A stretch of DNA of 64,000 bases from an uncultured Elusimicrobia bacterium (GTDB taxonomy: Bacteria; Elusimicrobiota; Elusimicrobia; UBA1565; UBA9628). Position 1 is the stretch's first letter, and every line of letters starts with the position of its first letter. Shown here in pieces: positions 42,507-52,731 of this stretch. Under the pieces are notes generated by a model. The model saw only the letters and a program-made list of their open reading frames with translations, was not told the DNA's origin and searched no databases. The stretch spans positions 17,382 through 81,381 of the forward strand of contig CAYHPY010000001.1 of assembly GCA_964358485.1 (NCBI GenBank), given 5' to 3'. Made by a program: the position numbers and the translations under genes.

Positions 42507-43771
42507 TCGCCCAATCCACGCGGGCTTGGGGTCTGTTGTCCTTGGCCGGTTGGGCGGCCGCCGTTTCGGCGGCCGGGTTCTCCTCCGGCTGGACGGCCGC
42601 CGGCTTGATCCTGTGGCTTTGGGTCGCGTTGTATCCCTCGGACCTCATCCGGCCCCGAGGCCTGGGGGCGTGGACGCTCTGGGTGTCGTGGGGCGCGTTT
42701 TCGGCCGTTATCGGCCCCGAGCCGCTGCTCGGGGCCGCCCCTGTCTGGGGAAAGGCGACCGGAGTCCTGATTTTTTCGCTGGCCTATTCCTGGTGGGGCC
42801 GTCCCCACCGGCGGGTCTGGCTGTTCGGGGTGTGGGCCGCCGCCGCCGTTTTCGGGACCCGGGGCCTGGTGTTGGGCGCGTGGAACGAGGGGGCCGTGGG
42901 GTTTTTGGCCGCGGCCGCCGGAAGCCTCCTTTTCGTCCGCGCCTCCTCGATTCTGGAGGGGGGCTGGCGGGCCGCGGTTTGGATCCTGCGGATCCTTTTC
43001 GTGCTGACGGTCGCAGCGGGACTGCGCGGTTCTCCCCGCTCCTCGGTGATCGAGGCGTCCGGCCCGGGTTGGAGCGCCGCGCCCTTGGCGTTGGAGCGCC
43101 CGGCCTCCGGCTTCGGTCCGGGCCGGATCGAGGCTGCCCTGAGAAGCGCGGGTTGGGAGGGGTCGGGCCCTTCCCTCTCCGAGTGGGTTTTTTCGTCGGT
43201 CGAGACGGGGCTTCCAGGAGGCCTGCTCCTGCTGATCGCGACGCTTTATGTTCTTCTTCCCCCGGCTTACGGGGACCGTCCGCGGGAATGGGAGCGGCAG
43301 GCTTGCGCCGGCGCGGTGGGCGGATTGGCCGCGGCCTCCCTCTTCCAGGGTCTCTTCGGCCGTCCGGAGTCGGTCCTTCTGTGGTTCACGGCGCTGGCAT
43401 GCGGAGCCCCCGGCGCGGAGGAAGAGGAAACCCGCCCTTTCCGGATTTCCCCGGCCGCGGCTTGGGCGGCGGTGGCGGCCTGCCTGGCGGCGCCCATCCC
43501 CCGCTTGGCCTTGAGCGCGGGCCTGCGTGCCGGAGCCTCGGACTTCGGGCTGGCCGCCGCGGCCTTGGTGTCTCCGTTGGGCCCTGAGGTGCTGGCCCGA
43601 CGCGCCGAGGCGGACTTGTCGTTGCGGCCCCCTCAGGTGGGCCGGGCCTTGGCCCGGTACCGCCGGGCCGCGCGCATTAATCCGGGAGCCGTCGAATTTG
43701 AAAGGCGCGCCGCTGAGATTTCCCGGGTCGTCTCGGAATTGGGCCCCCCCGTTCCCCGGGGGCGGCCGTGA
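42503..43771 (+). CDS. Second O-antigen-ligase-like polytopic membrane protein, paralog of the preceding gene.
   Basis: Similar topology and a similar TPR-like C-terminus. 4-bp overlap with the preceding gene. Confidence 0.4.
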   Translation: MIAQSTRAWGLLSLAGWAAAVSAAGFSSGWTAAGLILWLWVALYPSDLIRPRGLGAWTLWVSWGAFSAVIGPEPLLGAAPVWGKATGVLIFSLAYSWWGRPHRRVWLFGVWAAAAVFGTRGLVLGAWNEGAVGFLAAAAGSLLFVRASSILEGGWRAAVWILRILFVLTVAAGLRGSPRSSVIEASGPGWSAAPLALERPASGFGPGRIEAALRSAGWEGSGPSLSEWVFSSVETGLPGGLLLLIATLYVLLPPAYGDRPREWERQACAGAVGGLAAASLFQGLFGRPESVLLWFTALACGAPGAEEEETRPFRISPAAAWAAVAACLAAPIPRLALSAGLRAGASDFGLAAAALVSPLGPEVLARRAEADLSLRPPQVGRALARYRRAARINPGAVEFERRAAEISRVVSELGPPVPRGRP

Positions 43772-45756
43772 ACCAGGAGGGGCGCGTTCGGACGGCCGGG
43801 TTTTCGCCGGAAGGAGCGGCGGCGGCGATCTTCGCCGTCCTGTTCGCGATCCTGTTTTTTCCGGTCTGGCTTCGGGGCCTGAGTTTTTTTTGGGGGGACC
43901 TGACCTACATCCATCATCCCTGGCGGGCCCTGCCCGCCCAGTTGATCCAATCCGGGCGCGCGCCGCTTTGGAATCCGTACCTCTACTTCGGCATGCCGAT
44001 GGCGGCGCAAATGCAGGGGAGTCTGTATTATCCGGGGACGGTGCCGTTTTTTCTCTTCGGATTTTCGACCGCGACCGCCGTTTTCCAAGCGGCGCATTAC
44101 TGGCTCGCGGCCTGGCTGATGTTCCTCTGGCTCAAGCGCTCCGCGGGATTTTCCGGCGCCGCCTCCCTGGGGGGCGCGGCCCTGTTCGGCCTCTGCGGTT
44201 TCATGTCCAGCCGCCTTCCCTTCCTAAACCATTTGGCGACCCTGAGCCTGCTTCCGGCCCTTCTAATTTTTTTCCGCCGGCCGGCCCTGCTCGGCCTGAC
44301 CTTGGCCATGGCGTTTTTGTGCGGCTATCCGCCTTTTCTGATCGGAGGAGCCGCGGCGGTTTGGGCGACGCTCGCCGCCGCGGGCCACGCGGATTTTTCC
44401 TCGAAACAGGCGTTGGCGGCCGGATTGGCCCGGTGGGCGGGGGCCGCTCTGCTGGCCATGGCCTTGTCGGCTTGTCTTCTTCTTCCCGCCGCGGAGCTGA
44501 CGGCCCTCTGCCGCCGCGCCTCCGGCATAGCCCTGGAAGAGGTTTTGGAATTCGGTTTTCGGCCGGGCGACTTGTTTCAATGGATCGCGCCCTGGCTGGT
44601 TTCGGGAAAGTTCGATCCGGCGGTGGAGTGGTGGAAGGCGGCCTACCTGGGGGTGGCCGGACTTACCGCCGTCGGAGCCGGCTTGGCGGGCTTGCCGCGG
44701 CGGCGGGCCCTCGGCTTCGGCGTCCTCTTGGCCGCGACCTTGCTCCTGATCCTGGGAAATTCTAACCCCCTCTCCTTGGCCGCCTGGACTGACCTTCCGG
44801 GCCTGCGCATGGTCCGCTATCCGGGGAATATGGCCTACCTGGCTCTGCCCGCCCTGGCGCTTCTGGCGGCCCGGGGATTCTCGCGTAAAGGCTGGGGGAT
44901 TCTCGCCTTGGCGGCGGCCGCGGAATTGACTGTTTACGGCCTGGGGACCTCGCCCGCGGCGCCGAGGGAACTTTTTACCTCCGGAGGACCTCTGGTGAGG
45001 CGGCTTCAGAGTGATTTGGGGGGAGCCCGCTACCTGCTGTCGCCCCTGGCTTTGGAGACCCATCAGGGTTCCAACCTCCTGGATTGGAAGCACCGTCTGT
45101 ACGGGCTGACCAACGCTCCCTTCCGGATCGCGGCGGGCGGCAATTTCGGCGAGCCCTTGGTGCCCCGGACGACTTACGACGCCATGGATTTTATTTACCG
45201 CCAGCCTGGGGCCGCCAAGGCCGCGCGCCACCTGTCCTGGGCCGGAATCCGTTTTCTATTGAGCCCCAAGCCGCCCCCGGAAGGGGCGCTCATTCATGAG
45301 GGGAGCGTTCTTTGGGAGGTGGGACGGGTTCCGGGAGAGGTGTCCTTGGCCTACCTATTGACTCCCGAAGCGGGCGAGAGCCTTCCCGCGGGCCTGCCCG
45401 AAGCCGCCCCCCGGCTCGGGCCGGGCCTTGGATTTGAAAGAACCCGGGAAGACCGTTTCGAGGTTCGGGCCCCGGCCGGAGCCGCTCCGGGCTGGGCCTA
45501 TGTGGCCGAGCCCCGGTACCCCGGCTGGAGGACCTTCCTGGAAACCTCCGCCGGAGTTTCCGAGGCGGAAAGCCTTCCGGCCCTTGGGGCGTTTCAACGC
45601 TTCCAGGTTCCCGGGGGGCCCTGGCGGTTGATTTTTCGCTACGAGCCCCCGACTTTCCGCTGGGGCGCGGCGCTGACGGCGGGCGCCCTCTTGGGGCTGG
45701 CGCTATATTGGTATAATTGCGGCCGAAATCGCTCCCGCCTCCAAGATGCGCAATAG
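43768..45756 (+). CDS. YfhO-like GT-C membrane glycosyltransferase candidate, paralog A.
   Basis: N-terminal motif FWGDLTYIHHPWRALPAQLIQSGRAPLWNPYLYFGMPMAAQMQGSLYYP. More than 10 TM helices plus a large C-terminal soluble domain. Confidence 0.45.
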   Translation: MNQEGRVRTAGFSPEGAAAAIFAVLFAILFFPVWLRGLSFFWGDLTYIHHPWRALPAQLIQSGRAPLWNPYLYFGMPMAAQMQGSLYYPGTVPFFLFGFSTATAVFQAAHYWLAAWLMFLWLKRSAGFSGAASLGGAALFGLCGFMSSRLPFLNHLATLSLLPALLIFFRRPALLGLTLAMAFLCGYPPFLIGGAAAVWATLAAAGHADFSSKQALAAGLARWAGAALLAMALSACLLLPAAELTALCRRASGIALEEVLEFGFRPGDLFQWIAPWLVSGKFDPAVEWWKAAYLGVAGLTAVGAGLAGLPRRRALGFGVLLAATLLLILGNSNPLSLAAWTDLPGLRMVRYPGNMAYLALPALALLAARGFSRKGWGILALAAAAELTVYGLGTSPAAPRELFTSGGPLVRRLQSDLGGARYLLSPLALETHQGSNLLDWKHRLYGLTNAPFRIAAGGNFGEPLVPRTTYDAMDFIYRQPGAAKAARHLSWAGIRFLLSPKPPPEGALIHEGSVLWEVGRVPGEVSLAYLLTPEAGESLPAGLPEAAPRLGPGLGFERTREDRFEVRAPAGAAPGWAYVAEPRYPGWRTFLETSAGVSEAESLPALGAFQRFQVPGGPWRLIFRYEPPTFRWGAALTAGALLGLALYWYNCGRNRSRLQDAQ

Positions 45757-47584
45757 AGATTTCATCCTGCTCGGCGTGCTTTTCCTCGTCTTGCTCGCGC
45801 TCACGGCGCCGGCCTGGCTTTCGCCCGGGCGGGCGCTCTGGAATTTCGGGGACCTCTACGTCTACCATTATCCCCTGCGGCACTTGGCCGTTTCCTCGCT
45901 TGAGGCCGGGCGGCTCCCTTTTTGGAATCCCTACATTTTCGGGGGCCTGCCGCTGGCCGCCAATCCCCAGGCGGTTCTGTTTTACCCCGTCTCCATTCTG
46001 GGAAGCCTCCTTCCGTTGACCTTGGCGTTCTCCTGGGATTATCTGTTCCACCTGGCCTGGGGCGCGCTGGGCACGGCCCTTCTGGGCCGGGCCAACGGCC
46101 TGGCCCCCTGGGCCGCGGCCGCGTTGGCGGCGATGTTTTCGCTCAGCCCCTTTCTGATTTACCGGGTCACCGAGGGCATTCCCACCCTGCTGGCGTCCTT
46201 GTCCTGGACACCGTGGTGCTGGCTGGCTCTTCAGTCGGGACGGCCGGGATTTTTAGCCGGGGTCTGGGCCATGCAGTTTTTGTCCGGCCATCCCCAATTC
46301 ATGGTCCTCAACGCCCTGGGCATGGCCCTCTGGGCGGCGACCCGGCCCCGGAATCTTCTTCGAATGGCCCTGGAGGGAGCGGGGGTGTTCGCCCTAGCCT
46401 GCGTTCAATGGCCGGCCACTTCGGAGTTCCTGCGCCATTCCGTCCGGAAAAGCTGGTCGGCGGTCTTCACCACCGCCTATTCGATTTCCTGGAGGGAGCT
46501 GGCGACCTGGGTTCATCCCGACGCATGGGGAAATCCGGTCGCGGGAACTTACGGAGACGTTCCCTCGGTGTTCTTCGAGACCTCGGGCGTCTTCGTCTCA
46601 ATCGCGGGCCTGGCCTTGGCGGTCCTGGGGATTTGGAAGGGAAAACGAACCCTGCCTCTGGTCCTGGCGGGGGCGGGCCTGTTTCTGGCGGCGGGTGGAA
46701 GAAACCCGCTTTACCGCGCGGCCTTGGCGGCCACGCCCCTTGGGTTTTTGCGGACCCCGTCCCGCGCGCTTCTGCTGGTTCTCTGGGGATTGATCGTGGC
46801 CGCGGGCTCCGGTTCCAAGGCCCTGGTTCGGGTCCCGGCCGCGGCCAAGGCTCTGGTCCTGACCCTGCTGGTCCTGGAATTGGCCCATTGGGACGCGCGG
46901 TTTTTAAGGGCGGAGGACGCGGCCCCCTATCTGGCGGCCAAGCCGGCGGTGGCCGAGGCCGTCGGCGGCCGCCCGTTTCGGGTCCTGACCGACCCCGAAC
47001 TGGCCAACCCCAACAAGACCATTCTCTATCGCGCGATGAACGTCAACGGCTACGAGGCCTTTTACCTCGGGACTTTCCCGGCCTACGCGGCGCGAAGCGA
47101 GGGGACGGCGGCGGCCGATCCCAGCCGTTCCTATCTCCGCCGTCCCGAAACTCCGGAGATGCGGCGGGCGGGCGTCGCGGTTCACATCGGACCGAGCGGC
47201 GCGCTTCGGCCGGTGGACGGCGCCCTGCCCTTGGCGTACTTCCAGGATTGGCGCGGGGCGCTTAAGCCCGGGGTCCGGGTGGAGGTGGAACGGCCGGAGC
47301 TTTGGCGGGTGCGCGGCTCGGCCCCTTCGGGCGCCGAGCGCTTGGTTTTGGCCCAGCCTTTTTACCCCGGCTGGAAAGCCTGGCTGGGGGGTATTCCGGT
47401 TTCCTTGGAGCCCTGGGACGGGTTTTGGCAGGCCGTCGACCTGCGCCGGGTCCTGCCTGGAGGCGGGGAGTTCGAGCTCGATTTCCGCTTTGAGCCGAGC
47501 GGCTGGGCGGGCTGGGCGCTGCTGGGGGCCTTCTCCTGGCTGGCGTGGTTCGCGTTCATGGCGCGGGGGGCCGCGGCATGGTGA
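45746..47584 (+). CDS. YfhO-like GT-C membrane glycosyltransferase candidate, paralog B.
   Basis: NFGDLYVYHYPLRHLAVSSLEAGRLPFWNPYIFGGLPLAANPQAVLFYP is collinear with paralog A and with the gene at 10080. Confidence 0.45.
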   Translation: MRNRDFILLGVLFLVLLALTAPAWLSPGRALWNFGDLYVYHYPLRHLAVSSLEAGRLPFWNPYIFGGLPLAANPQAVLFYPVSILGSLLPLTLAFSWDYLFHLAWGALGTALLGRANGLAPWAAAALAAMFSLSPFLIYRVTEGIPTLLASLSWTPWCWLALQSGRPGFLAGVWAMQFLSGHPQFMVLNALGMALWAATRPRNLLRMALEGAGVFALACVQWPATSEFLRHSVRKSWSAVFTTAYSISWRELATWVHPDAWGNPVAGTYGDVPSVFFETSGVFVSIAGLALAVLGIWKGKRTLPLVLAGAGLFLAAGGRNPLYRAALAATPLGFLRTPSRALLLVLWGLIVAAGSGSKALVRVPAAAKALVLTLLVLELAHWDARFLRAEDAAPYLAAKPAVAEAVGGRPFRVLTDPELANPNKTILYRAMNVNGYEAFYLGTFPAYAARSEGTAAADPSRSYLRRPETPEMRRAGVAVHIGPSGALRPVDGALPLAYFQDWRGALKPGVRVEVERPELWRVRGSAPSGAERLVLAQPFYPGWKAWLGGIPVSLEPWDGFWQAVDLRRVLPGGGEFELDFRFEPSGWAGWALLGAFSWLAWFAFMARGAAAW

Positions 47585-48582
47585 AAAAGACCCTTTCCAT
47601 CGCGGCCGGGCTTTTCTTCACGGGTATTTTCCTTTACATGGCGGTGCGCAACGTGGATTGGCGGGAACTCAAGGAGATCCTGCTCCAGGTCCGCCTGGGG
47701 TGGCTTCCGTTGATGCTTCTGGTCGGCCTTTGGAGCCTGACCTTGCGGGCCGTCCGCTGGCGTGTGATCCTCTTTCGCCAGCCGGACATCCCCATCGGCT
47801 TGCTCTTCCGCCTGCAGTCGATCGGCCTGGCCGTAAACAACCTCCTGTTCATGCGGCTCGGGGAGTTGGCCCGGGCGGCGTTGGCGGCCCGCCAGCTTCG
47901 CCTGCCCTTGGCCACCATTCTGGGAACCGTGGCCGTGGAACGGATTCTGGACGTGACGGTTCTTTTGCTGCTTTTCAGCGCGGCGGCCGCTTTGGTTCCG
48001 GGCATGGTCCTCGACAGCGTGCGGGGCGGGGCGGGTTTGGTCCTGTGCGGCCTTTTCTCGGGCCTGGCCATGCTCTCCGCCGCCCAGGTGCGCATCCGTC
48101 CCGGGGGCGCCTGGCATGCCCGCCTCGGGTCCTGGCCGAGGATTCAATCCGCGGCCGGGGAGTTGGCCGCCGGAGGCGAGGTTCTGGCCATTCCTAAAAC
48201 GGCCCTCCTGGTCTGGTGCGTGAGCGTGGTCATTTGGATGTCGGACGCCGGTTTTTTCTGGCTGACGGCGAGGGCTTTGAACCTAGGGGAGGTGGTGGGC
48301 TATTTCCGCGCCATCCTCGTCTTGTCCTGGGCCGGCGCGGGCTCGGCCTTGCCCGCCGCTCCCGGCGCCATCGGCACCTTCGAGGCCATGGTGAAGATGA
48401 TCATGGTCAAGCTCGGCGCTCCCGCTTCAGAAGCCTTGGCTTTCGCTTTGTTCAGTCACGCCGTGGCGCTGATTTTCAACACCTTGCTCGGCCTGTTTTT
48501 TCTTTACCGCCTCGGCCTCACGCTCACCGGCTTGCAGGCCTCCCTTGAGAAAGCGGGACCCCCTCCCGCGGCGGGCCGATGA
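47578..48582 (+). CDS. Flippase-like / LPG-synthase-TM-domain (UPF0104) membrane protein.
   Basis: Eight TM helices. The sequence VRNVDWRELKEIL…WRVIL… is typical of this family, which often accompanies glycosyltransferases. Confidence 0.45.
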   Translation: MVKKTLSIAAGLFFTGIFLYMAVRNVDWRELKEILLQVRLGWLPLMLLVGLWSLTLRAVRWRVILFRQPDIPIGLLFRLQSIGLAVNNLLFMRLGELARAALAARQLRLPLATILGTVAVERILDVTVLLLLFSAAAALVPGMVLDSVRGGAGLVLCGLFSGLAMLSAAQVRIRPGGAWHARLGSWPRIQSAAGELAAGGEVLAIPKTALLVWCVSVVIWMSDAGFFWLTARALNLGEVVGYFRAILVLSWAGAGSALPAAPGAIGTFEAMVKMIMVKLGAPASEALAFALFSHAVALIFNTLLGLFFLYRLGLTLTGLQASLEKAGPPPAAGR

Positions 48583-49586
48583 AGCGGTCCCTGCTTTCTT
48601 TATTGGCGTCCCCTTGTTGCGGAGCCGATCTCCGGGAAGATCCTTCCGGGGTCGCCGACCCCATTGAAGAAGGAACCCTCCGCTGCGTTTCCTGCGGCCG
48701 GAGCTACCCGGTCCGGGACGGCATTCCCCGCCTTCTTCCTCCGTCCCAATCCGACGCCCGCGTCGCCAAGACCCGGGAAAGCTTCGCGTGGGAATGGAGC
48801 CGCTACCCCGGGGCCTTGGACGAGGACCAGCCCGTTTTTTTGGAGGAGGTTCAGCTTCCCCCGGCCGAGTTCAAGGGCAAGCGGGTCCTGGACGCCGGCT
48901 GCGGCATGGGCCGCTACAGCCTGGTGGCCATGAGCTTCGGCGCGGAGGTGGTGGCCTTCGACCTTTCCGACGCCCTCAACCGCATGGCCGAGCCCCAGCG
49001 GCAGTGGCCGGGCCTGCATGTGGTCCAGGGGGACCTCCTTCGTCTGCCCTTCAAGCCCGGGATTTTCGACATCGTCTACAGCCACGGCGTGCTCCACCAC
49101 ACCCCCAGCACGCGCGCCGCCTTCAAGGGCGTTGTCCGCCTGCTCAAATCCGGCGGGCGGCTCAGCGTGTGGCTTTACGGCAAGGCCGGCCGGTACGGCG
49201 AATTCTCGACCAATCCCCTGCGCCCCGGGCGGGAGTGGGTGGGAAAACACCGTTTCCTGGCTTGGCTGGTGGTCGGCGCCCGCCACTGGGTCAGCGACAT
49301 CCTCCGATTTTTCACCGTCCCCTTGCCGCTTTCCTTCACCTACGCCCTCTCCTACCCGTTGGCGTTCATCGGGGGACTGCCCGGGTTGAAATACCTGACC
49401 TTCTCGGCTCATCCGGATTTCCGGGTCCGCGTCCACGAGAATTTCGATTGGCTCTCGCCGCCGTTCCAGTATCATCACACCAAGGAGGAGCTGTGCTCCT
49501 GGTGCGGGGAGGAGGGCGTCGAGGTCCAAAAGATCCTCCCGCACGGCCTGGTCCCCAAGCCCGGAATCCTCGGGCGCAAAAAATGA
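48579..49586 (+). CDS. Class I SAM-dependent methyltransferase with an N-terminal Trm112-like zinc-ribbon.
   Basis: N-terminal CCGADL…CVSCGRSYPVRDGIPRLLP. SAM motif I VLDAGCGMGRY. Acidic loop FDLSD. Confidence 0.7.
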   Translation: MKRSLLSLLASPCCGADLREDPSGVADPIEEGTLRCVSCGRSYPVRDGIPRLLPPSQSDARVAKTRESFAWEWSRYPGALDEDQPVFLEEVQLPPAEFKGKRVLDAGCGMGRYSLVAMSFGAEVVAFDLSDALNRMAEPQRQWPGLHVVQGDLLRLPFKPGIFDIVYSHGVLHHTPSTRAAFKGVVRLLKSGGRLSVWLYGKAGRYGEFSTNPLRPGREWVGKHRFLAWLVVGARHWVSDILRFFTVPLPLSFTYALSYPLAFIGGLPGLKYLTFSAHPDFRVRVHENFDWLSPPFQYHHTKEELCSWCGEEGVEVQKILPHGLVPKPGILGRKK

Positions 49587-50710
49587 GCCCGGTTTCCGTC
49601 GTGATGGTGAGCGCCAGCTTCCACCCTCATGTCGGCGGCGCCGAGAAGCAGGCGCTGGAGCTCTCCACGGCCCTGGCGCGCCAAGGCCATAAGGTCCGGG
49701 TTCTCACGCGGCGCCTTCCGGGGTTGGCCGCGCAGGAAGAGATCTCCGGCATCGCCGTCCGCCGACTTTGGGCGCCCGGCGTGGGCGTGCTCAACGCCCT
49801 GGGCTTTATGCTCTCCCTGCTCGTAGAGTTGTTTCGGAGCCCCGGCTCCTATGACGCGATCCATGTCCACCTCGCCGGCTCCCCGGCCCTCTCCGCGGCC
49901 CTGGCGGGACGGCTTTTGGGCAAACGCGTGGTGGTCAAGCTCGGCGGGGGCCGCGGCATCGGGGAGTTGGCCGCTTCCTCCCGCTCTTTCAGCGGACGCC
50001 TGAAGCTCAAGGCCCTGTCCTGGCTGGGGCCGAAATTGGCGGCGGTGACCCAGGACTTGGCCGACGAGGCGCGCGAGTTCGGCTTCACGGGGGACATCGT
50101 CGTCCAGCCCAACGGGGTGGACCTTTCCCGGTATCGCCCTTCCACCCCTGAGGAAAAACAGGCCATCCGCCGGCGTCTCGGCTGGCCCGAAGGCCCCTGC
50201 TTCCTTTATGTCGGGCGGCTTTCCCCGGAAAAGCGCCTCTTGCCGTTTTTGGAAGCCTGGTCCGCCGTGTTCGAGGGAACTCCCGCCTTCGCCGTGCTCT
50301 ACGGGGACGGGCCCGAGAAGGAAGGCCTGTTGGCCCTGGCCGTCGGCCTGGGGCCCGCCCGGGTGCGGGTCTACCCGTCCATGGCGGAGATCGAGCAGGC
50401 CTACCGGGCCGCCGATATTTTCTTTTTGCCCTCGGTCTCCGAGGGCCTGTCCAACGCGCTTTTGGAGGCCATGGCCTCGGGGTTGGGGATCATCGCCAGC
50501 CGGGTGGGCGGTTCGCGGGTGGTTCTGGAAGAGGGAAAGACCGGCCTGCTCTTTGAGCCGGAGAATTCGACCGAACTCAAGGACAAGCTCGCTCTTTTGA
50601 AGGCCTCCCCGGGCCTGGCCGGAGCGCTCGGAACGAAGGCTTCGGCCGCCGCCAAGATTTTCGGGATCGACGAGGTCGCGGCCCGGTATGCCGGAATTTA
50701 CGGCGGCTAA
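49583..50710 (+). CDS. GT4-family glycosyltransferase.
   Basis: HPHVGGAEKQALELSTALARQGHKV N-terminal domain. C-terminal E-x7-E region (…SVSEGLSNALLEAMASGLGIIAS…). Confidence 0.8.
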   Translation: MSPVSVVMVSASFHPHVGGAEKQALELSTALARQGHKVRVLTRRLPGLAAQEEISGIAVRRLWAPGVGVLNALGFMLSLLVELFRSPGSYDAIHVHLAGSPALSAALAGRLLGKRVVVKLGGGRGIGELAASSRSFSGRLKLKALSWLGPKLAAVTQDLADEAREFGFTGDIVVQPNGVDLSRYRPSTPEEKQAIRRRLGWPEGPCFLYVGRLSPEKRLLPFLEAWSAVFEGTPAFAVLYGDGPEKEGLLALAVGLGPARVRVYPSMAEIEQAYRAADIFFLPSVSEGLSNALLEAMASGLGIIASRVGGSRVVLEEGKTGLLFEPENSTELKDKLALLKASPGLAGALGTKASAAAKIFGIDEVAARYAGIYGG

Positions 50711-51791
50711 GGTGCCCGGCCCCAACCTCCTGGTCGTGATGGGCACCCGCCCCGAGGTCATCAAGCTCTTTCCGGTGATCCGGGCTTTGCGCCGGAGAGG
50801 CGCGCGCGCGAGGCTCTGCGTCACCGCCCAGCATCGGGGGCTATTGGACGGGATGCTCCGGGAGTTCGGCCTGAAGGCCGATTTCGACCTTGATTTGATG
50901 CGTTCCGGACAGCGTCCGTCGGAACTATTGCCCAAGGTGATCGCGGGGGTCGATAAAGTCCTGGCGTCGGGGCGCCCCGACCTGGTCCTGGTGCAGGGCG
51001 ACACCACCTCGGCCTTCGGGGCGTGCCTGGCGGCGTTTTACCGGGGGATCTCCGTCGGGCACGTGGAGGCGGGCCTGCGGACCCATGACTTCTCCGATCC
51101 TTTTCCCGAGGAAGCCAACCGGGTTTTCGTGGACCGGCTCTCGACTTTGTTGTTCGCGCCGACGGCCCTGGCCCGCGCCAATCTTCTGAGGGAAGGAATT
51201 CCGGCTCGGAAAATCCTGGTGACGGGAAATACCGGCGTGGACGCCTTGGAGTGGGCATTGGAGCGCGCGCCGAAAATCCCGACTCCGGGCTTCGGGGCCG
51301 GTCCGCTGGCGGTCATGACCCTGCACCGGCAGGAAAATTTCGGGGCGCCTTTGGAGCGGATTTTCGCAGGGGTTCGGCGGGCGGCGGAGCTATGCCCGGA
51401 GTTGACCTGGGTGTTCCCGGTCCATCCCAATCCCCGCGTGCGCGCCGCCGCGCGCAGGCTCCGCCATCCCCGGGTGCGGCTGACGGCGCCGCTGGGGCAT
51501 TCGCAATTTGGCGCCCTCTTGAAGCGCGCGGCCTTCATCCTGACCGATTCGGGGGGGATTCAGGAGGAGGCCCCGACCTTGGGCAAGCCGGTCCTGGTGG
51601 CCCGTGAAAAGACGGAGCGGCCGGAATTGCTCAAGGGCTGGGGGGTGCTGGTGGGCTCCTCCACGGAAAAAATCGCCCGGGAGGCGGTGCGCCTGGTCCG
51701 CCGCCCCCCGAAACCGCCCCGAGGTCCCAATCCTTTCGGGGATGGGCGCGCCGGCGAGCGGATCGCCGCGGCCGTCCTCGAGCGCTTTTGA
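50688..51791 (+). CDS. wecB: UDP-N-acetylglucosamine 2-epimerase (non-hydrolysing). The start is uncertain.
   Basis: GTRPEVIKLFPV…HVEAGLRT…DRLSTLLFAPT…TGNTGVDAL motifs. An alternative start lies at 50739. Confidence 0.85.
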   Translation: MPEFTAAKVPGPNLLVVMGTRPEVIKLFPVIRALRRRGARARLCVTAQHRGLLDGMLREFGLKADFDLDLMRSGQRPSELLPKVIAGVDKVLASGRPDLVLVQGDTTSAFGACLAAFYRGISVGHVEAGLRTHDFSDPFPEEANRVFVDRLSTLLFAPTALARANLLREGIPARKILVTGNTGVDALEWALERAPKIPTPGFGAGPLAVMTLHRQENFGAPLERIFAGVRRAAELCPELTWVFPVHPNPRVRAAARRLRHPRVRLTAPLGHSQFGALLKRAAFILTDSGGIQEEAPTLGKPVLVAREKTERPELLKGWGVLVGSSTEKIAREAVRLVRRPPKPPRGPNPFGDGRAGERIAAAVLERF

Positions 51792-51837
51792 GGTCCGCGG
51801 TCAGGGCTCCGCGGTCATTGTTGTATAATTCTGCCGC

Positions 51838-52731
51838 GTGAAAACGGTCTCCGTGCCTTGCCTTTGCGGGTCCCAGGAAAATTCCGTGGTTTACGATCGT
51901 CCTTACGACGACCGGTCCGCGGGGGATTTCCTGGCGACGACCGACCGCTTCGACAATTACGGACGGGTGGTCCGCTGCTCCTCCTGCGGCTTGGTCTTCT
52001 CCAATCCGCGTCCCCATTCCTCCGAGATCGCCAAGGGCTACGCCGAGAGCGAGGACCAGGAGTACCTGCAGGAATCCTCCAATCGTTCGATCAACGCGCA
52101 CATCAGCCTGGCCACCATCCGGCGCTTCAAGCCCGCGGGCAAGCTCCTGGAAATCGGTTCCGCCGCGGGTTACTTCCTCAACGCGGCCCGCACCGATTTC
52201 GAGGTGACCGGGGTGGAGCCCAGCCGCTGGGCCGCGGCCGAGGCCAAGCGGCGCTTCGGGGTGGAGGTCAAGGTGGGGGGGTTTCTCGAGGCGGCCCTTC
52301 CCGACGCCTCCTTCGACGTGGTGGCGGCGGTGGACGTCATTGAGCACCTGGAGGATCCCGTGGCGTTCATCCGGGAATGCCGGCGGGTCCTGAAGCCGGG
52401 GGGCGTGCTTTATTTGATGACTCCCGACATCGAGAGTCTCTCGGCGCGCCTGCTGGGCGGCTCCTGGTGGGGCCTGCGGCCGGTCCATATTTACTACTTT
52501 AGCCGCCGGACCTTGGGCGACCTTCTTAAACGGGAAGGCCTGGAGGTGGAGTTGGTCCGTTCCTTCGGGAGGATTTTCTCCCTGGGCTATTGGGCCAGCC
52601 GCCTCAAGAACTATCCATCTTATTTGACCCGTCCGATTTTGGCGGTGATATCCGCGCTCGGCCTGGAGGACAAGATTTTCTACCTCAACACCCGGGATTC
52701 CCTCGAACTGATCGCGCGCCGGCCGTCATGA
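51838..52731 (+). CDS. Class I SAM-dependent methyltransferase with N-terminal Cys pairs.
   Basis: CLCG…CSSCG zinc-ribbon-like N-terminus. SAM-binding LLEIGSAAGYF. Acidic motif VDVIEHLEDP. Confidence 0.7.
   Translation: MKTVSVPCLCGSQENSVVYDRPYDDRSAGDFLATTDRFDNYGRVVRCSSCGLVFSNPRPHSSEIAKGYAESEDQEYLQESSNRSINAHISLATIRRFKPAGKLLEIGSAAGYFLNAARTDFEVTGVEPSRWAAAEAKRRFGVEVKVGGFLEAALPDASFDVVAAVDVIEHLEDPVAFIRECRRVLKPGGVLYLMTPDIESLSARLLGGSWWGLRPVHIYYFSRRTLGDLLKREGLEVELVRSFGRIFSLGYWASRLKNYPSYLTRPILAVISALGLEDKIFYLNTRDSLELIARRPS

Noticed and set aside
41157-43771. Calling the two Wzy_C-like proteins definitively PglL pilin O-oligosaccharyltransferases.
   Set aside because: WaaL O-antigen ligases, Wzy polymerases and PglL are not separable by eye from the sequence. 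Only the genomic context next to pilQ supports the pilin hypothesis, so they are annotated at family level.
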